DNA of 51,768 bases from Bacteroidota bacterium (GCA_011042635.1 DQWH01000070.1:1-51768); one strand, 5' to 3'. Counted from the stretch's first letter, positions 31,106-41,064 are shown. Notes: generated from the letters alone by a model not told the origin. Numbers and translations: made by a program.

Positions 31106-32020
31106 ATGAACCTTTCAGAAATAGTTCAAAGCAGCGGCTGGAAAAATTTCATGGCTAAGCTATACGGGTTTGGTGCTTCCATTGTTATTGTGGGCGCATT
31201 GTTCAAAATTCAGCACTGGCCGGCAGCCGGGTTATTCCTGACTATCGGGCTGCTTACCGAGGCTACCATCTTCTTCTTCTCTGCTTTCGAACCCCTGCAT
31301 GAAGAAGTGGACTGGACTCTGGTATATCCCGAACTTGCCGGTATTTCTGAAGACGAGGCTGAAGAATTAAGGCCCGCTTCTGCCCGCAGAGGGGGGGACG
31401 GGTCCTCCGCGCTTGAGAAATTCGATGCCCTGCTCGAAAAAGCAGAAATAACCCCAGATCTGTTCAGAAAACTGGGGCAGGGAATGGAGAACCTCAGCCA
31501 GACCGCCTCCAAACTGGGTAACATTGCCGATGCATCGGTGGTAACCAACGAATTTGTCGGAAAAGTAAAAAGCGCTTCCGAATCGGTGGAAAAACTTTCC
31601 GGCGCCTACCAGGAATCCACAGAAAAGCTGACGGAATCGGTGGAAGAACTGACCGACTCTTACAAGAATACGGCCACAATTATTGCCCAGTCGGGAAATA
31701 ACTACGAAAGTCTGTCGAGTTCTATTCTCAGTATTTCGGAAGGCAGCAAGTCATATAACGAACAGCTGGAGGCGCTCAACAAGAACCTGTCTGCGCTGAA
31801 CGCCGTTTACGAACTTCAGCTACAGGGAACAAACGATCAAATCAAAGCCACGGAGAAAATGTATGCAGGAATGAATGAAATGCTTGAAGATCTGAAGGAA
31901 TCAGCCCAGGATACAAAGAAATACAGAGAAGAGGTATCCAGGCTGAATCAGAATCTGGCTGCATTGAATACCGTTTACGGAAATATGCTGGCTGCTATGA
32001 ATGTTAGATCAAATCCCTGA
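31106..32020 (+). CDS. gldL: T9SS/gliding motor subunit GldL/PorL
   Basis: YGFGASIVIVGALFKIQHWP, GLLTEATIFFFSAFEP, WTLVYPEL, coiled coil, LNTVYGNMLAAM. Confidence 0.95.
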   Translation: MNLSEIVQSSGWKNFMAKLYGFGASIVIVGALFKIQHWPAAGLFLTIGLLTEATIFFFSAFEPLHEEVDWTLVYPELAGISEDEAEELRPASARRGGDGSSALEKFDALLEKAEITPDLFRKLGQGMENLSQTASKLGNIADASVVTNEFVGKVKSASESVEKLSGAYQESTEKLTESVEELTDSYKNTATIIAQSGNNYESLSSSILSISEGSKSYNEQLEALNKNLSALNAVYELQLQGTNDQIKATEKMYAGMNEMLEDLKESAQDTKKYREEVSRLNQNLAALNTVYGNMLAAMNVRSNP

Positions 32021-32068
32021 AAGGGTCAGCCTAATCTAATCTATTGTTAATTATCGATTTACTGCACT

Positions 32069-33700
32069 ATGGCCCACGGAAAAGAAACCCCGAGACAAAA
32101 AATGATCGGCATGATGTATTTGGTGCTTACTGCCCTGCTGGCACTGAATGTATCAAAGGAAGCCGTCGAAGCATTTAAACTTGTTGACGAAGGGTTGACC
32201 AAAACCACCGCCAACTTCGTTGCCAAGAATGAACTGATTTATCAGGATTTTGCAGAAAAAGCGGTTTCGAATCCCGTTAAAGCCGGACCATGGAAACGCA
32301 GGGCAGATGAAGTAAAACAGCGTGCTGATGAACTGATCAATTACATTCAGGACCTGAAGTTAGAGATTATAACCAAAGCCGAAGGCAAAGACAGTGAAGC
32401 AATAGCCGGAGGGCAGATCCATACCCGTGAGATCAAGAAAATTGATGAAAACAACGTTCCTTCAGAAGTTATGATCGGTGCCGATCAGAACGGAAAAGCC
32501 TATGACCTGAAAGCAATGATAGTTGATTTCAGGGAGTTTATTATGAACGATATTGTGGCCGTGGAGGCCGTCAATATCAGAGAATCTATTGCCAACAGCC
32601 TGAACACGGATGATTATACTGAAAAGGACGGTAGCCGGGTAAGCTGGGAAATACATAATTTCCATACCCTACCTCTGGTGGCAGTGATTACCATCCTTTC
32701 AAAAATACAGGTAGATATCCGGAACGCCGAAGCGGAAACGCTGAACTATCTCTACAACCAGATTGAAGCCGGTTCCTTCAAATTTAATAAACTGGTGCCC
32801 ACTGTGATCCCCAATTCAAATTATATTCTCCGGGGAAATGAATACCGGGCCGAAGTGTTTATTGCTGCCACCGATACCACCCAGAAACCCCGGATCATGG
32901 TGGGAAATTACGATTCCACCGTAACTGCCGACGGAGTGGTCACTTACCAGATGGTTGGAGATTATACTGAATTACCCATCGACAAAAACGGGCGGGGTGT
33001 CTATTCGATCAAGCCCGAAAGCCTTGGTTCACGCCGCTGGGGAGGCCTGATCAGACTGCAGGCACCCGACGGATCCATGGTGGATTACCCGTTCAGGTCC
33101 TCTTACCAGGTGTCTGAAGCCAGCCTGGTGGTTTCTCCAACAAAAATGAACGTGTTATACTCCGGATTGGATAACCCGGTGGACATTTCCGTTCCGGGGG
33201 TTGCTGAAGATAAAATCAGGGTAAGCCTTTCCAGAGGAACCATACGGAAAATAAGCGGAAGTTCCTATATTATCAGGCCAGGCCGGGCAGGTAAGCCCGA
33301 TGTGATAGTCAACGTGATAGCTGACGTGGACGGCGTGCAGCGCCGCATGCCTCCCAAACCTTTCCGGGTCAAAAATGTTCCCGACCCCGTTGCCCAGGTG
33401 GCCGGACGCGAACGAGGAGACATCAGCAAGGCCGAACTGATGGCACAGGCCGGGATTTTTGCTGTTATGAAAGATTTTGACTTCGAGCTGTCTTTCCGTA
33501 TTACCGGATTCAAGATATCCATAAACGACCGCGGGTATACCGTCGAAGAAGAATCAAACAGCAACCGGATCACCGAAGCACAGAGGCAACTGCTTGACAG
33601 ACTGCGCCGGGGAGATCAGGTTGTTTTCCAGGATATCAAGGCGGTAGGTCCCGATGGCAATACAAGGCCGCTGCCTCCCGTTGTTTTAAAAGTGAACTAA
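32069..33700 (+). CDS. gldM: T9SS/gliding motor subunit GldM/PorM
   Basis: ETPRQKMIGMMYLVLTALLALNVS, PLVAVITILSKIQ, KMNVLYSGLDNPVDISVPG. Confidence 0.95.
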   Translation: MAHGKETPRQKMIGMMYLVLTALLALNVSKEAVEAFKLVDEGLTKTTANFVAKNELIYQDFAEKAVSNPVKAGPWKRRADEVKQRADELINYIQDLKLEIITKAEGKDSEAIAGGQIHTREIKKIDENNVPSEVMIGADQNGKAYDLKAMIVDFREFIMNDIVAVEAVNIRESIANSLNTDDYTEKDGSRVSWEIHNFHTLPLVAVITILSKIQVDIRNAEAETLNYLYNQIEAGSFKFNKLVPTVIPNSNYILRGNEYRAEVFIAATDTTQKPRIMVGNYDSTVTADGVVTYQMVGDYTELPIDKNGRGVYSIKPESLGSRRWGGLIRLQAPDGSMVDYPFRSSYQVSEASLVVSPTKMNVLYSGLDNPVDISVPGVAEDKIRVSLSRGTIRKISGSSYIIRPGRAGKPDVIVNVIADVDGVQRRMPPKPFRVKNVPDPVAQVAGRERGDISKAELMAQAGIFAVMKDFDFELSFRITGFKISINDRGYTVEEESNSNRITEAQRQLLDRLRRGDQVVFQDIKAVGPDGNTRPLPPVVLKVN

Positions 33701-33716
33701 TTAAAGGATTTATATC

Positions 33717-34553
33717 ATGAAAAAAGTATTGGGCTTAATTTTCCTGTTGATTATGGTGGCCGGTCAGCTCGCCACCGCTCAGGATGATGTGAAAAGGCTA
33801 TATGATAAAGGAATCCATGACAAAAGACCCATTCCGTATCCCTATTTGCGGGAAGCCGATGTAATGTGGTCAAAACAGATATGGAGAATCGTTGATCTGA
33901 GGGAAAAAATGAACCAGGTGCTGTATTTCCCCAAATTACCAATGGGAGACCGGTACAGCCTGATAGATGTGCTAATGGGTGAGATCAAAAGCGGGGTGAT
34001 CGATGTTTACAACGGAGACGATATGTACAATATGGTGGAAAAAGTCACCCTGGACGATATCAAAAAAAAATTCGGAGCAGGAGAAGAAACCATCTCCATC
34101 CAGGATCCTGAAACCGGTGAGTACAAAGATACGACCATTATAAAGGATATCAATACTTCCGAAATATTGCAGTATATGCTGTGGGAAGAGTGGTATTTCG
34201 ATAAAAAACATTCCATCATGCGGGTCAGGATACTGGGCATCTGCCCCATCCGGATTTATACCGATCCCGAAACGAACATGACCAATAAGGTACGTGTGTT
34301 CTGGGCCTATTACCCCGATTTCAGGAACACCCTGGCCAATCATGAAGTTTTCAATCCGGAAAATGACGCCCACCGGATATCTTATGACGACCTGTTCATG
34401 CAACGCCGGTTCAGCAGCTATATCATTGCTGAATCGAACGTGTACGACAACCGGATGATCAATCAGTACAAAACAGGCCGGTCTGCTTTGCTCGAAGCCG
34501 AAAGAATCAAGGAAGAGTTATTCAACTTTGAACATGATCTCTGGGAATATTGA
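33717..34553 (+). CDS. gldN: T9SS/gliding protein GldN/PorN
   Basis: YLREADVMWSKQIWRIVDLREKMNQ, WYFDK, LGICP, RRFSSYI, FEHDLWEY. Confidence 0.93.
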   Translation: MKKVLGLIFLLIMVAGQLATAQDDVKRLYDKGIHDKRPIPYPYLREADVMWSKQIWRIVDLREKMNQVLYFPKLPMGDRYSLIDVLMGEIKSGVIDVYNGDDMYNMVEKVTLDDIKKKFGAGEETISIQDPETGEYKDTTIIKDINTSEILQYMLWEEWYFDKKHSIMRVRILGICPIRIYTDPETNMTNKVRVFWAYYPDFRNTLANHEVFNPENDAHRISYDDLFMQRRFSSYIIAESNVYDNRMINQYKTGRSALLEAERIKEELFNFEHDLWEY

Positions 34554-34571
34554 TTTGAAAATATATACAAT

Positions 34572-34606
34572 AAAAAACCCGGGGGCAATATCCGGGTTTT
34601 TCTTTT
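34572..34606. terminator. Bidirectional intrinsic terminator between gldN and manC
   Basis: AAAAACCCGG (34573-34582)...CCGGGTTTTT (34592-34601) with A/T tails on both sides. Confidence 0.8.
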
Positions 34607-34617
34607 CAAGGCCTTTG

Positions 34618-35712
34618 CTATAGAAACTCTTCCCCTTTCTCTATTTTCACATCATTCACAATTTGCTTTAACTGCTGTTCATCCTGTTTCCTGCAAATCA
34701 GCAGCGCTTTCTGTGTGTCCACTACAATATAATTGTCCAGTCCCTGCAACACCACCAGTTTCTTACCTTCCACCTGAATGATGGACTTCTGTACATCATA
34801 CACCATCACATTTTCGCCTGAAACAGCATTCTCCTGCTGATCATGCGGAAGATGTTCGTACAAAGATCCCCAGGTTCCCAGGTCAGACCACCCGAAATCG
34901 GAACAGATCACATAAACATTTTCCGCCTTCTCCATAATACCGTAGTCAATGGAAATGCTCGAGCAGTTTCCGTAAATAATTTCAAGATGTTCCCTTTCCA
35001 CACGGGTTCCGAAAACACCTTCCCGTTCCTCAAACAACCCGTGCATATCGGGGAGGTATTTGTTAAAAGCCTGCATAATGGCCGGAAGAGACCAGAAAAA
35101 GATACCTGCATTCCAGTAAAAATCACCGCTTTCATAAAACACTTTGGCCATTTCATAATCCGGCTTTTCAGTAAAGGTTTTCACCTTTTTCAAATTCGGG
35201 AATTCGGGGAATTTTTCTCCGTTTGCCGTCTGAATATATCCATACCCTGTTTCAATCCGGCTGGGTTTAATTCCCAGGGTAAGCAATGCATCGTGCCGGC
35301 TGACAAATTCAAATCCCTGATTAACTGTTTTTTCAAATTCCTTCTCTTTAATGATCAGGTGATCGGAAGGTGCCACCACAATTTTAGCATCCGGATTTAT
35401 TTTATGTATCCTGAAACAGGCGTACGCAATGCACGGAGCCGTATTTTTGCGCATGGGCTCCAGCAAAATCTGTTCGCGTCTCAACTCGGGAAGCTGAGCC
35501 ATTACCAGATCTTCATAATCGCAGTGGGTCACGACAAAAATGTTCCCGGCCGGACAGATTTTCTCGAACCGTTCATAAGTTTGCCTTAAAAGCGTTTTAC
35601 CGGTACCCAGAATGTCAAGGAATTGCTTTGGCCTGGAACTGCGGCTGAGTGGCCAGAAACGGCTTCCTATCCCCCCTGCCATGATTACACAGAAATAGTC
35701 TTTTTTACCCAT
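34618..35712 (-). CDS. manC: Mannose-1-phosphate guanylyltransferase
   Basis: IMAGGIGSRFWPLSR..RPKQFL, EPMRKNTAPCI, PSDH, FTEKP, WNAGIF, SIDYGIMEK, WSDLGTW; TACCTTTG promoter at 35765-35772 (minus). Confidence 0.93.
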   Translation of the reverse strand: MGKKDYFCVIMAGGIGSRFWPLSRSSRPKQFLDILGTGKTLLRQTYERFEKICPAGNIFVVTHCDYEDLVMAQLPELRREQILLEPMRKNTAPCIAYACFRIHKINPDAKIVVAPSDHLIIKEKEFEKTVNQGFEFVSRHDALLTLGIKPSRIETGYGYIQTANGEKFPEFPNLKKVKTFTEKPDYEMAKVFYESGDFYWNAGIFFWSLPAIMQAFNKYLPDMHGLFEEREGVFGTRVEREHLEIIYGNCSSISIDYGIMEKAENVYVICSDFGWSDLGTWGSLYEHLPHDQQENAVSGENVMVYDVQKSIIQVEGKKLVVLQGLDNYIVVDTQKALLICRKQDEQQLKQIVNDVKIEKGEEFL

Positions 35713-35876
35713 ATCGGTTTATACCGCCCGCCGTTGAATGCAGGCAGCCAATGGTTAGCGTTTACAAAGGTAAAAAAATAAATGAAGGCATCACAGGATC
35801 ATGGCATGGTGTTGAACCGAGAACCGTCCGGTTTTCGCAAATTATTATTAATTTTATCTCCAGAAATCTCCAGAAT

Positions 35877-36617
35877 ATGGGCTTTTTCTTCCATGTGGGA
35901 AAATACTTTGAGCTGATGCTTAAAGTATTTACAAAACCCGAAAAAGGAATCATGTACTACCGGCAAACAGTACGTGAGATAGAAGCGCTGGGATTGAATT
36001 CGGTGGGTATTGTGTTCATTATTTCCGTATTCATGGGAGCGGTTATTACCCTGCAAACGGCCTATAATACTGAAAACCCGTTCCTTCCAAGTTACCTTAT
36101 CGGACTGGGATGCCGCGATTCCATGATCTTGGAATTTTCTTCCACCATGGTTGCGCTTATCCTGGCGGGGAAAGTTGGCTCAAACATTGCTTCTGAACTT
36201 GGGACCATGAGGGTTACCGAGCAGATTGATGCGCTGGAGATCATGGGCGTAAATTCTGCCAGTTACCTGATCCTTCCGAAAATCATTGCCTGTATACTGA
36301 TATTCCCCCTGCTCACGCTTTTCAGCATGATTGTAGGGGTGGCCGGAGGATGGCTGGCTGTTCTTTTTACACACGTAATCACCCCAACCGATTTTGTTTA
36401 CGGAATACAATATGCTTTCATCCCGTTTTATATCACGTATTCCGTGATTAAAATGGTAGTTTTTGCCTTTCTCATTACCAGCATCTCCTCATACCACGGA
36501 TATTATTCCTACGGAGGCGCGCTGGAAGTGGGAATTTCCAGTACCCGTGCGGTGGTGCACAGTTCTGTTTTCATCCTTTTGTTTAACGTGATCTTAACCC
36601 AGCTGATCCTCTCATGA
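35877..36617 (+). CDS. mlaE: MlaE-family ABC permease
   Basis: LAGKVGSNIASELGTMRVTEQIDALEIMG, GGALEVG.SSTRAVV; ATG 35877 preferred over 35751, which overlaps the manC promoter region. Confidence 0.88.
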   Translation: MGFFFHVGKYFELMLKVFTKPEKGIMYYRQTVREIEALGLNSVGIVFIISVFMGAVITLQTAYNTENPFLPSYLIGLGCRDSMILEFSSTMVALILAGKVGSNIASELGTMRVTEQIDALEIMGVNSASYLILPKIIACILIFPLLTLFSMIVGVAGGWLAVLFTHVITPTDFVYGIQYAFIPFYITYSVIKMVVFAFLITSISSYHGYYSYGGALEVGISSTRAVVHSSVFILLFNVILTQLILS

Positions 36618-37372
36618 TTGAAGTGGTACATGTGTCAAAATATTTCGACAACGAACCGGTACTGAAAGATATATCGGTCACCTTCGAACGGGGAAAAACC
36701 AACCTCGTGATCGGGCAGAGTGGATCAGGCAAAACCGTTTTACTTAAATGCATTGTGGGATTACTGGATGTGGATGAAGGAGATATTATTTACGACGAGG
36801 TAATTTTCAACAAACTGAATTTCGGGGATAAAAAATCCATCAGAAAGGAAATAGGCATGCTCTTCCAGGGTGGGGCCCTGTTTGATTCCCTTACCGTGGA
36901 AGAAAACATTATTTATCCCATGGACATGTTTACCAGTATGACGACAGAAGAAAAAATTGAACGGGCTAATTTCTGTCTGAAACGAGTAAACATGGTCAAC
37001 TCAAACCATCTTTACCCCGCTGAATTGAGCGGAGGCATGAAAAAAAGAGTGGCCATTGCCCGAGCCATTGCTCTGAATCCCAAGTACCTGTTCTGCGATG
37101 AACCGAATTCGGGACTGGACCCGAAAACCTCCATCGTAATCGACAACCTGATCCGCGAACTGACAGAAGAATTCAATATGACAACCATTGTAAACACCCA
37201 CGATATGAATTCCGTCATGGAGATCGGATCCAAAGTGGTTTTTATAGCCAACGGCATGAAATGCTGGGAAGGAACAAACCTGGAAATCCTTCATTCCGAT
37301 AATCAGGTGCTGAATGATTTCATATTTGCAAACAGTCTGGCCAGACACGTAAAAAATACAATGAAAAATTAA
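36614..37372 (+). CDS. mlaF: MlaF-family ABC ATP-binding protein
   Basis: GQSGSGKT, FQGGALFDS, LSGGMKKRVAIARA, CDEPNSGLDP, THDM; coupled to mlaE (ATGA overlap). Confidence 0.9.
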   Translation: MIEVVHVSKYFDNEPVLKDISVTFERGKTNLVIGQSGSGKTVLLKCIVGLLDVDEGDIIYDEVIFNKLNFGDKKSIRKEIGMLFQGGALFDSLTVEENIIYPMDMFTSMTTEEKIERANFCLKRVNMVNSNHLYPAELSGGMKKRVAIARAIALNPKYLFCDEPNSGLDPKTSIVIDNLIRELTEEFNMTTIVNTHDMNSVMEIGSKVVFIANGMKCWEGTNLEILHSDNQVLNDFIFANSLARHVKNTMKN

Positions 37373-37444
37373 ATTCTATCTCTGCATAAAGCATGGTTCA
37401 GGGCCGGGATTCCCCGCCCTTATCGTTTTATAAACTTTATTTTT

Positions 37445-38632
37445 ATGAAAAACATCCGAAAAAAAGGGTTCAACACGCAAATGGTACATGCAGGCCATTA
37501 TCACGATAACTTTGGCAGTGCTACGGTTCCCATTTATCAAACATCCACTTTTGCATTTGAAAATGCCCGGCAGGGTGCCAATCGTTTTGCCGGGAAAGAA
37601 AAAGGATACATCTATACTCGCATTGGGAATCCTACCCTGCAGGCACTGGAAGAAAACATGGCGGTGCTGGAAGACGGGTTCGGGGCTATTACCACCGGCA
37701 GTGGAATGGGCGCGGTATCCGTTATTTATATGGGCCTGCTTCAGGCAGGAGCCCATATGATCAGCACCTCATCCGTTTACGGACCATCCAGGGGTATCAT
37801 GGAAAAACATTTCTCCCGGTTCGGGGTGGAATACAGCTATGTTGATACTTCTGACACAGGCCAGATCAAAAAAGCTATCAAACCCAATACCCGCCTGCTG
37901 TATCTGGAAACACCCGCCAATCCTACCATAAAGCTCAGTGATATAGAGGCATGTGCAAAACTGGCCCACGAACATGATATCCTGGTGGTAGTAGACAATA
38001 CCTTCTCAAGCCCCTTTCTGCAAAATCCCCTGAAGCTCGGAGCCGACGTAGTTTTTCATTCGGTAACCAAATTTGTAAACGGACATGCGGATGTAGTGGG
38101 AGGGATTATTATCACGGCAACGGAAGCACTGTATCAACCACTGCGCCACGTTATGGTGAATCTGGGGTTCAATATGGATCCCCACCAGGCGTACCTGGTG
38201 CTCAGAGGAATCAAAACCCTGTCACTCAGAGTGGAAAAAGCCCAGGAAAATGCCATGACCATTGCCCACTGGCTGGAACAACATCCAAAGATCAAGTGGG
38301 TAAGGTATCCCGGACTCAAATCACATCCACAGTATGAGCTGGCCAGAAAACAAATGCGGGGACCGGGGGCTATGATCAGCTTCGAACTGAAAGGAGGATT
38401 TGATGCGGGTGAGCAAATGATCAATTCGGTACATATTGCCACCCTGGCGGTATCCCTCGGAGGAGTGGAAACCCTGATACAGCATCCGGCTTCCATGACT
38501 CATGCCTCCCTCTCATCAGAAGCCCGCTTGGAGGCTGATATCACCGACGGACTGGTACGGCTAAGTGTTGGGATCGAAGACGTAGAAGACCTGATCAATG
38601 ATCTTTCCCAGGCGCTGGATAAGGTGAAATAA
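37445..38632 (+). CDS. Cys/Met metabolism PLP enzyme, methionine gamma-lyase-like
   Basis: PIYQTSTF, YIYTRIGNPT, SGMGAV, ETPANPT, VDNTF, HSVTKFVNGHADV, AVSLGGVETLIQHPASMTH, RLSVGIED. Confidence 0.85.
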   Translation: MKNIRKKGFNTQMVHAGHYHDNFGSATVPIYQTSTFAFENARQGANRFAGKEKGYIYTRIGNPTLQALEENMAVLEDGFGAITTGSGMGAVSVIYMGLLQAGAHMISTSSVYGPSRGIMEKHFSRFGVEYSYVDTSDTGQIKKAIKPNTRLLYLETPANPTIKLSDIEACAKLAHEHDILVVVDNTFSSPFLQNPLKLGADVVFHSVTKFVNGHADVVGGIIITATEALYQPLRHVMVNLGFNMDPHQAYLVLRGIKTLSLRVEKAQENAMTIAHWLEQHPKIKWVRYPGLKSHPQYELARKQMRGPGAMISFELKGGFDAGEQMINSVHIATLAVSLGGVETLIQHPASMTHASLSSEARLEADITDGLVRLSVGIEDVEDLINDLSQALDKVK

Positions 38633-38638
38633 AAAAAC

Positions 38639-39187
38639 ATGGAACCACATCCGGCCTTTTTCATTACGGGTGATACCCACTCGGGAAAAACCACTGCCCT
38701 ACGTTCTGTGATCAGCAAACTGCCAGGTTATCCCGACCGGCTGAAGGGATGGACCACTCCTGCCCGCTTTGAACGAAACGACCATACGGGGTACGACCTG
38801 GAATTTATCGGCCGGAATCGTTCTTTGCCCTTCTGCCGGCAACAGGCAACAAAAGGGTGGGTTCACCACGGCCGGTTCTGGTTCAATCCCGGTGCATTGC
38901 AGGAAGGCTACAGGATGCTTGGTTCTGCCTCACCTGATACAACTTCCCTGATCGTTATTGATGAAATTGGTCCTTTTGACCTGAAAGGTAGGCTTTGGGG
39001 TCCATTTCTGAAAAACCTGGAAAAATACGAAGAAATATACCTTTTACTGGTGGTCAGAACTGTCCTGCTGGAAAAGGTTTGCAAACATTGGTACATATCC
39101 CCCGTAAAAATCTGGAATCCTGCACAGGAACCTGAAAAAGAGACCCGTTTTCTGGAAACCCTGAAAAGTTGCATCAGGGCAAAATGA
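38639..39187 (+). CDS. NTPase_1/THEP1 (DUF2478-like) P-loop nucleoside triphosphatase
   Basis: ITGDTHSGKTT Walker A, GYDL, GRFWF, IVIDEIGPFDLKG Walker B, LVVR. Confidence 0.75.
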   Translation: MEPHPAFFITGDTHSGKTTALRSVISKLPGYPDRLKGWTTPARFERNDHTGYDLEFIGRNRSLPFCRQQATKGWVHHGRFWFNPGALQEGYRMLGSASPDTTSLIVIDEIGPFDLKGRLWGPFLKNLEKYEEIYLLLVVRTVLLEKVCKHWYISPVKIWNPAQEPEKETRFLETLKSCIRAK

Positions 39188-39811
39188 TCAGCATCCTCCC
39201 TGTATGGTGGTGGTTTTCTCCCGTCTTACAGGGATCACCGGCTGTGCAACAACCTGCTGAAACTCACCTGGGCCTCCCCCCATTTCTTCGATCAGAGCGG
39301 CAAAATCATAACGGGGTTCTTCGGGAACCAGTTCAGGAAATTCTTCCACCCCGTTACCTGAGGCAGCTGTACGGTTAAAATAATCATATCCTCCCTTTAA
39401 AACTTTTAACCGGTGAAAACCCGTTTGCCGGAGAAACAAAAACGGACCGACGGCTTCGCGATGATCCTGTCCGTATAGCACTATCGTCAGGCCTTCATCG
39501 TGGAAATTCCGGAGCATCTTCATGAAATGCCTGTCAAGCAGTTTCCCGGAAGGTATGTTTACAGCCTGGTCAAGGTGACCTTTATGATACAACACCGGGT
39601 CACGCAAGTCAATAAAAACCGTTGTTTTATTTTCACTATCCACAACTTCAACGGCCTCACGGGGAGATATCTCATAATCCTCCTCCATTATTTCCTGTAA
39701 TATTTCTTCCGCACTCAGGGAGTACCGGAGTTGATCCCTTCCAGGAAACAGGAAGACCAGAACGATTAACACAAAAAGTAGGGTAAGGATAATTTTTGCC
39801 GTGTTTTTCAT
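39188..39811 (-). CDS. Membrane-anchored rhodanese-fold protein with C-terminal TTIQGGC tail (catalytic-loop Cys absent)
   Basis: N-terminal TM; FIDLR..GHL..AVNIP; IVLYG in place of VxYC; VLKGGY; the only Cys is the last residue. Confidence 0.8.
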   Translation of the reverse strand: MKNTAKIILTLLFVLIVLVFLFPGRDQLRYSLSAEEILQEIMEEDYEISPREAVEVVDSENKTTVFIDLRDPVLYHKGHLDQAVNIPSGKLLDRHFMKMLRNFHDEGLTIVLYGQDHREAVGPFLFLRQTGFHRLKVLKGGYDYFNRTAASGNGVEEFPELVPEEPRYDFAALIEEMGGGPGEFQQVVAQPVIPVRREKTTTIQGGC

Positions 39812-39828
39812 TTTCCTTTCTTTAAATT

Positions 39829-40452
39829 TTAACATCCTCCCTGTATGGTCGTTTTTTTCTCCCGCCTGACTACCGGAATGGGTTCGGCCTGCGTAGCCGA
39901 AACCCCAGTCCCCGTTCCGCCGGTAAAATACAACCGGGCTCCCAGCCTGAAACGGTACCGGTCAGTCAGTTCCATGGAAGCAGTTTCCGGAGGAGCTTCC
40001 GGAGTAAGGATATGGTCGGCCCACAGGTTAAGGCCTCCACGCATAATATACAGATCAGTTATACCCAGTCTGGTGCAAAGAATCCATGCCTGTCCGGCCA
40101 TGATATCGTCATTGGAATACAGTACCTTTTCCATTCCCGGGGCCCTCAGGTAATCTCCCCATTCCGGCAACAGAAGGTCGGTCAAAGGAATGTTTATAGC
40201 TCCGGGAAGACTGAACGACCGGTAACTTTCCGGGTTTCTAACATCTATCAGTAATAAAGAAGGGTCTTCTTCAATAATCCTTCGGGTTACTTCATCGGTA
40301 CACATGAAGCGGGAAGAGTCATGCATTGCCCGGAACAACTCTGCAGGAGGCACTTCATCGGGTTTCCCGGCAGGTGAAAAAATCAGCAGCCCCCCTCCGA
40401 GCATCAGCAGGACAGCTGTCAGGATCCAGTATGCTTTATCCTTCATCATCAT
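39829..40452 (-). CDS. Membrane-anchored rhodanese-fold protein with C-terminal TTIQGGC tail (catalytic-loop Cys absent)
   Basis: N-terminal TM; LIDVR..SLPGAINIP; VLYS in place of VxYC; MRGGLNLW; same C-terminal tail as its neighbour. Confidence 0.8.
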   Translation of the reverse strand: MMMKDKAYWILTAVLLMLGGGLLIFSPAGKPDEVPPAELFRAMHDSSRFMCTDEVTRRIIEEDPSLLLIDVRNPESYRSFSLPGAINIPLTDLLLPEWGDYLRAPGMEKVLYSNDDIMAGQAWILCTRLGITDLYIMRGGLNLWADHILTPEAPPETASMELTDRYRFRLGARLYFTGGTGTGVSATQAEPIPVVRREKKTTIQGGC

Positions 40453-40455
40453 GTG

Positions 40456-41046
40456 TTAATATTCAATCTTCTTTGCCCGTGCTTCGATTTTCGAAACTAC
40501 AAAAAATGCAATCAGCCCGACCACCAGAAAGGCAAAAGCAAACCAGGCAGCCGGAATACCGATCAGATCATGCACCTGTACCGGTCCCAGGTTCGCGGCA
40601 TGGTAGATTTTTTCAAACACCGGATACAGAACCGAGAAAAACAAAATACCCAGGTATAATCCCACCGTAAAAAACATGGCATCTATTTTCCCTATAACTG
40701 CGCCGCAGAAGCTTGTTCCCGGGCAGTATCCACCCAGAATGAATCCAAAGCCCATGATCACTCCGCCAATGATCACCGAATACAGAAAGGTTGGCAGAAT
40801 ATAAATGGATGAAAGCTTCATCCATCCCATATAATCGAAATAAAGCAGTCCGATCATACATACCATAACCGCCGTCATGAAGACCTTCAGTACAACAAAG
40901 TCGTAACCATAAAAAACCCCGGCCAGTTTCCTGCTGGATGAAAAGCCGCTGGACTCAAGAATAAATCCGAAGGCCAGGCCTATAAGCAAAGCAAACACAT
41001 TATTCCATGCCGGATCAATAATTCCCTGTGGTATCAATGGTCCCAT
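40456..41046 (-). CDS. YeeE/YedE (sulfur transporter) family, half-size subunit
   Basis: GLAFGFILE..GF, GGVIMGFGFILGGYCPGTS motif, ~5 TM segments. Confidence 0.85.
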   Translation of the reverse strand: MGPLIPQGIIDPAWNNVFALLIGLAFGFILESSGFSSSRKLAGVFYGYDFVVLKVFMTAVMVCMIGLLYFDYMGWMKLSSIYILPTFLYSVIIGGVIMGFGFILGGYCPGTSFCGAVIGKIDAMFFTVGLYLGILFFSVLYPVFEKIYHAANLGPVQVHDLIGIPAAWFAFAFLVVGLIAFFVVSKIEARAKKIEY

Positions 41047-41064
41047 ATCCTCTTGTTTTTCTTT

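Noticed and set aside
39185-39199. GGC followed by TGA, suggesting a C-terminal Cys-Sec pair as in thioredoxin reductase
   Set aside because: The paralog ends GGC-TAA, read-through would run antisense into the convergent NTPase gene, and no SECIS-like hairpin was evident
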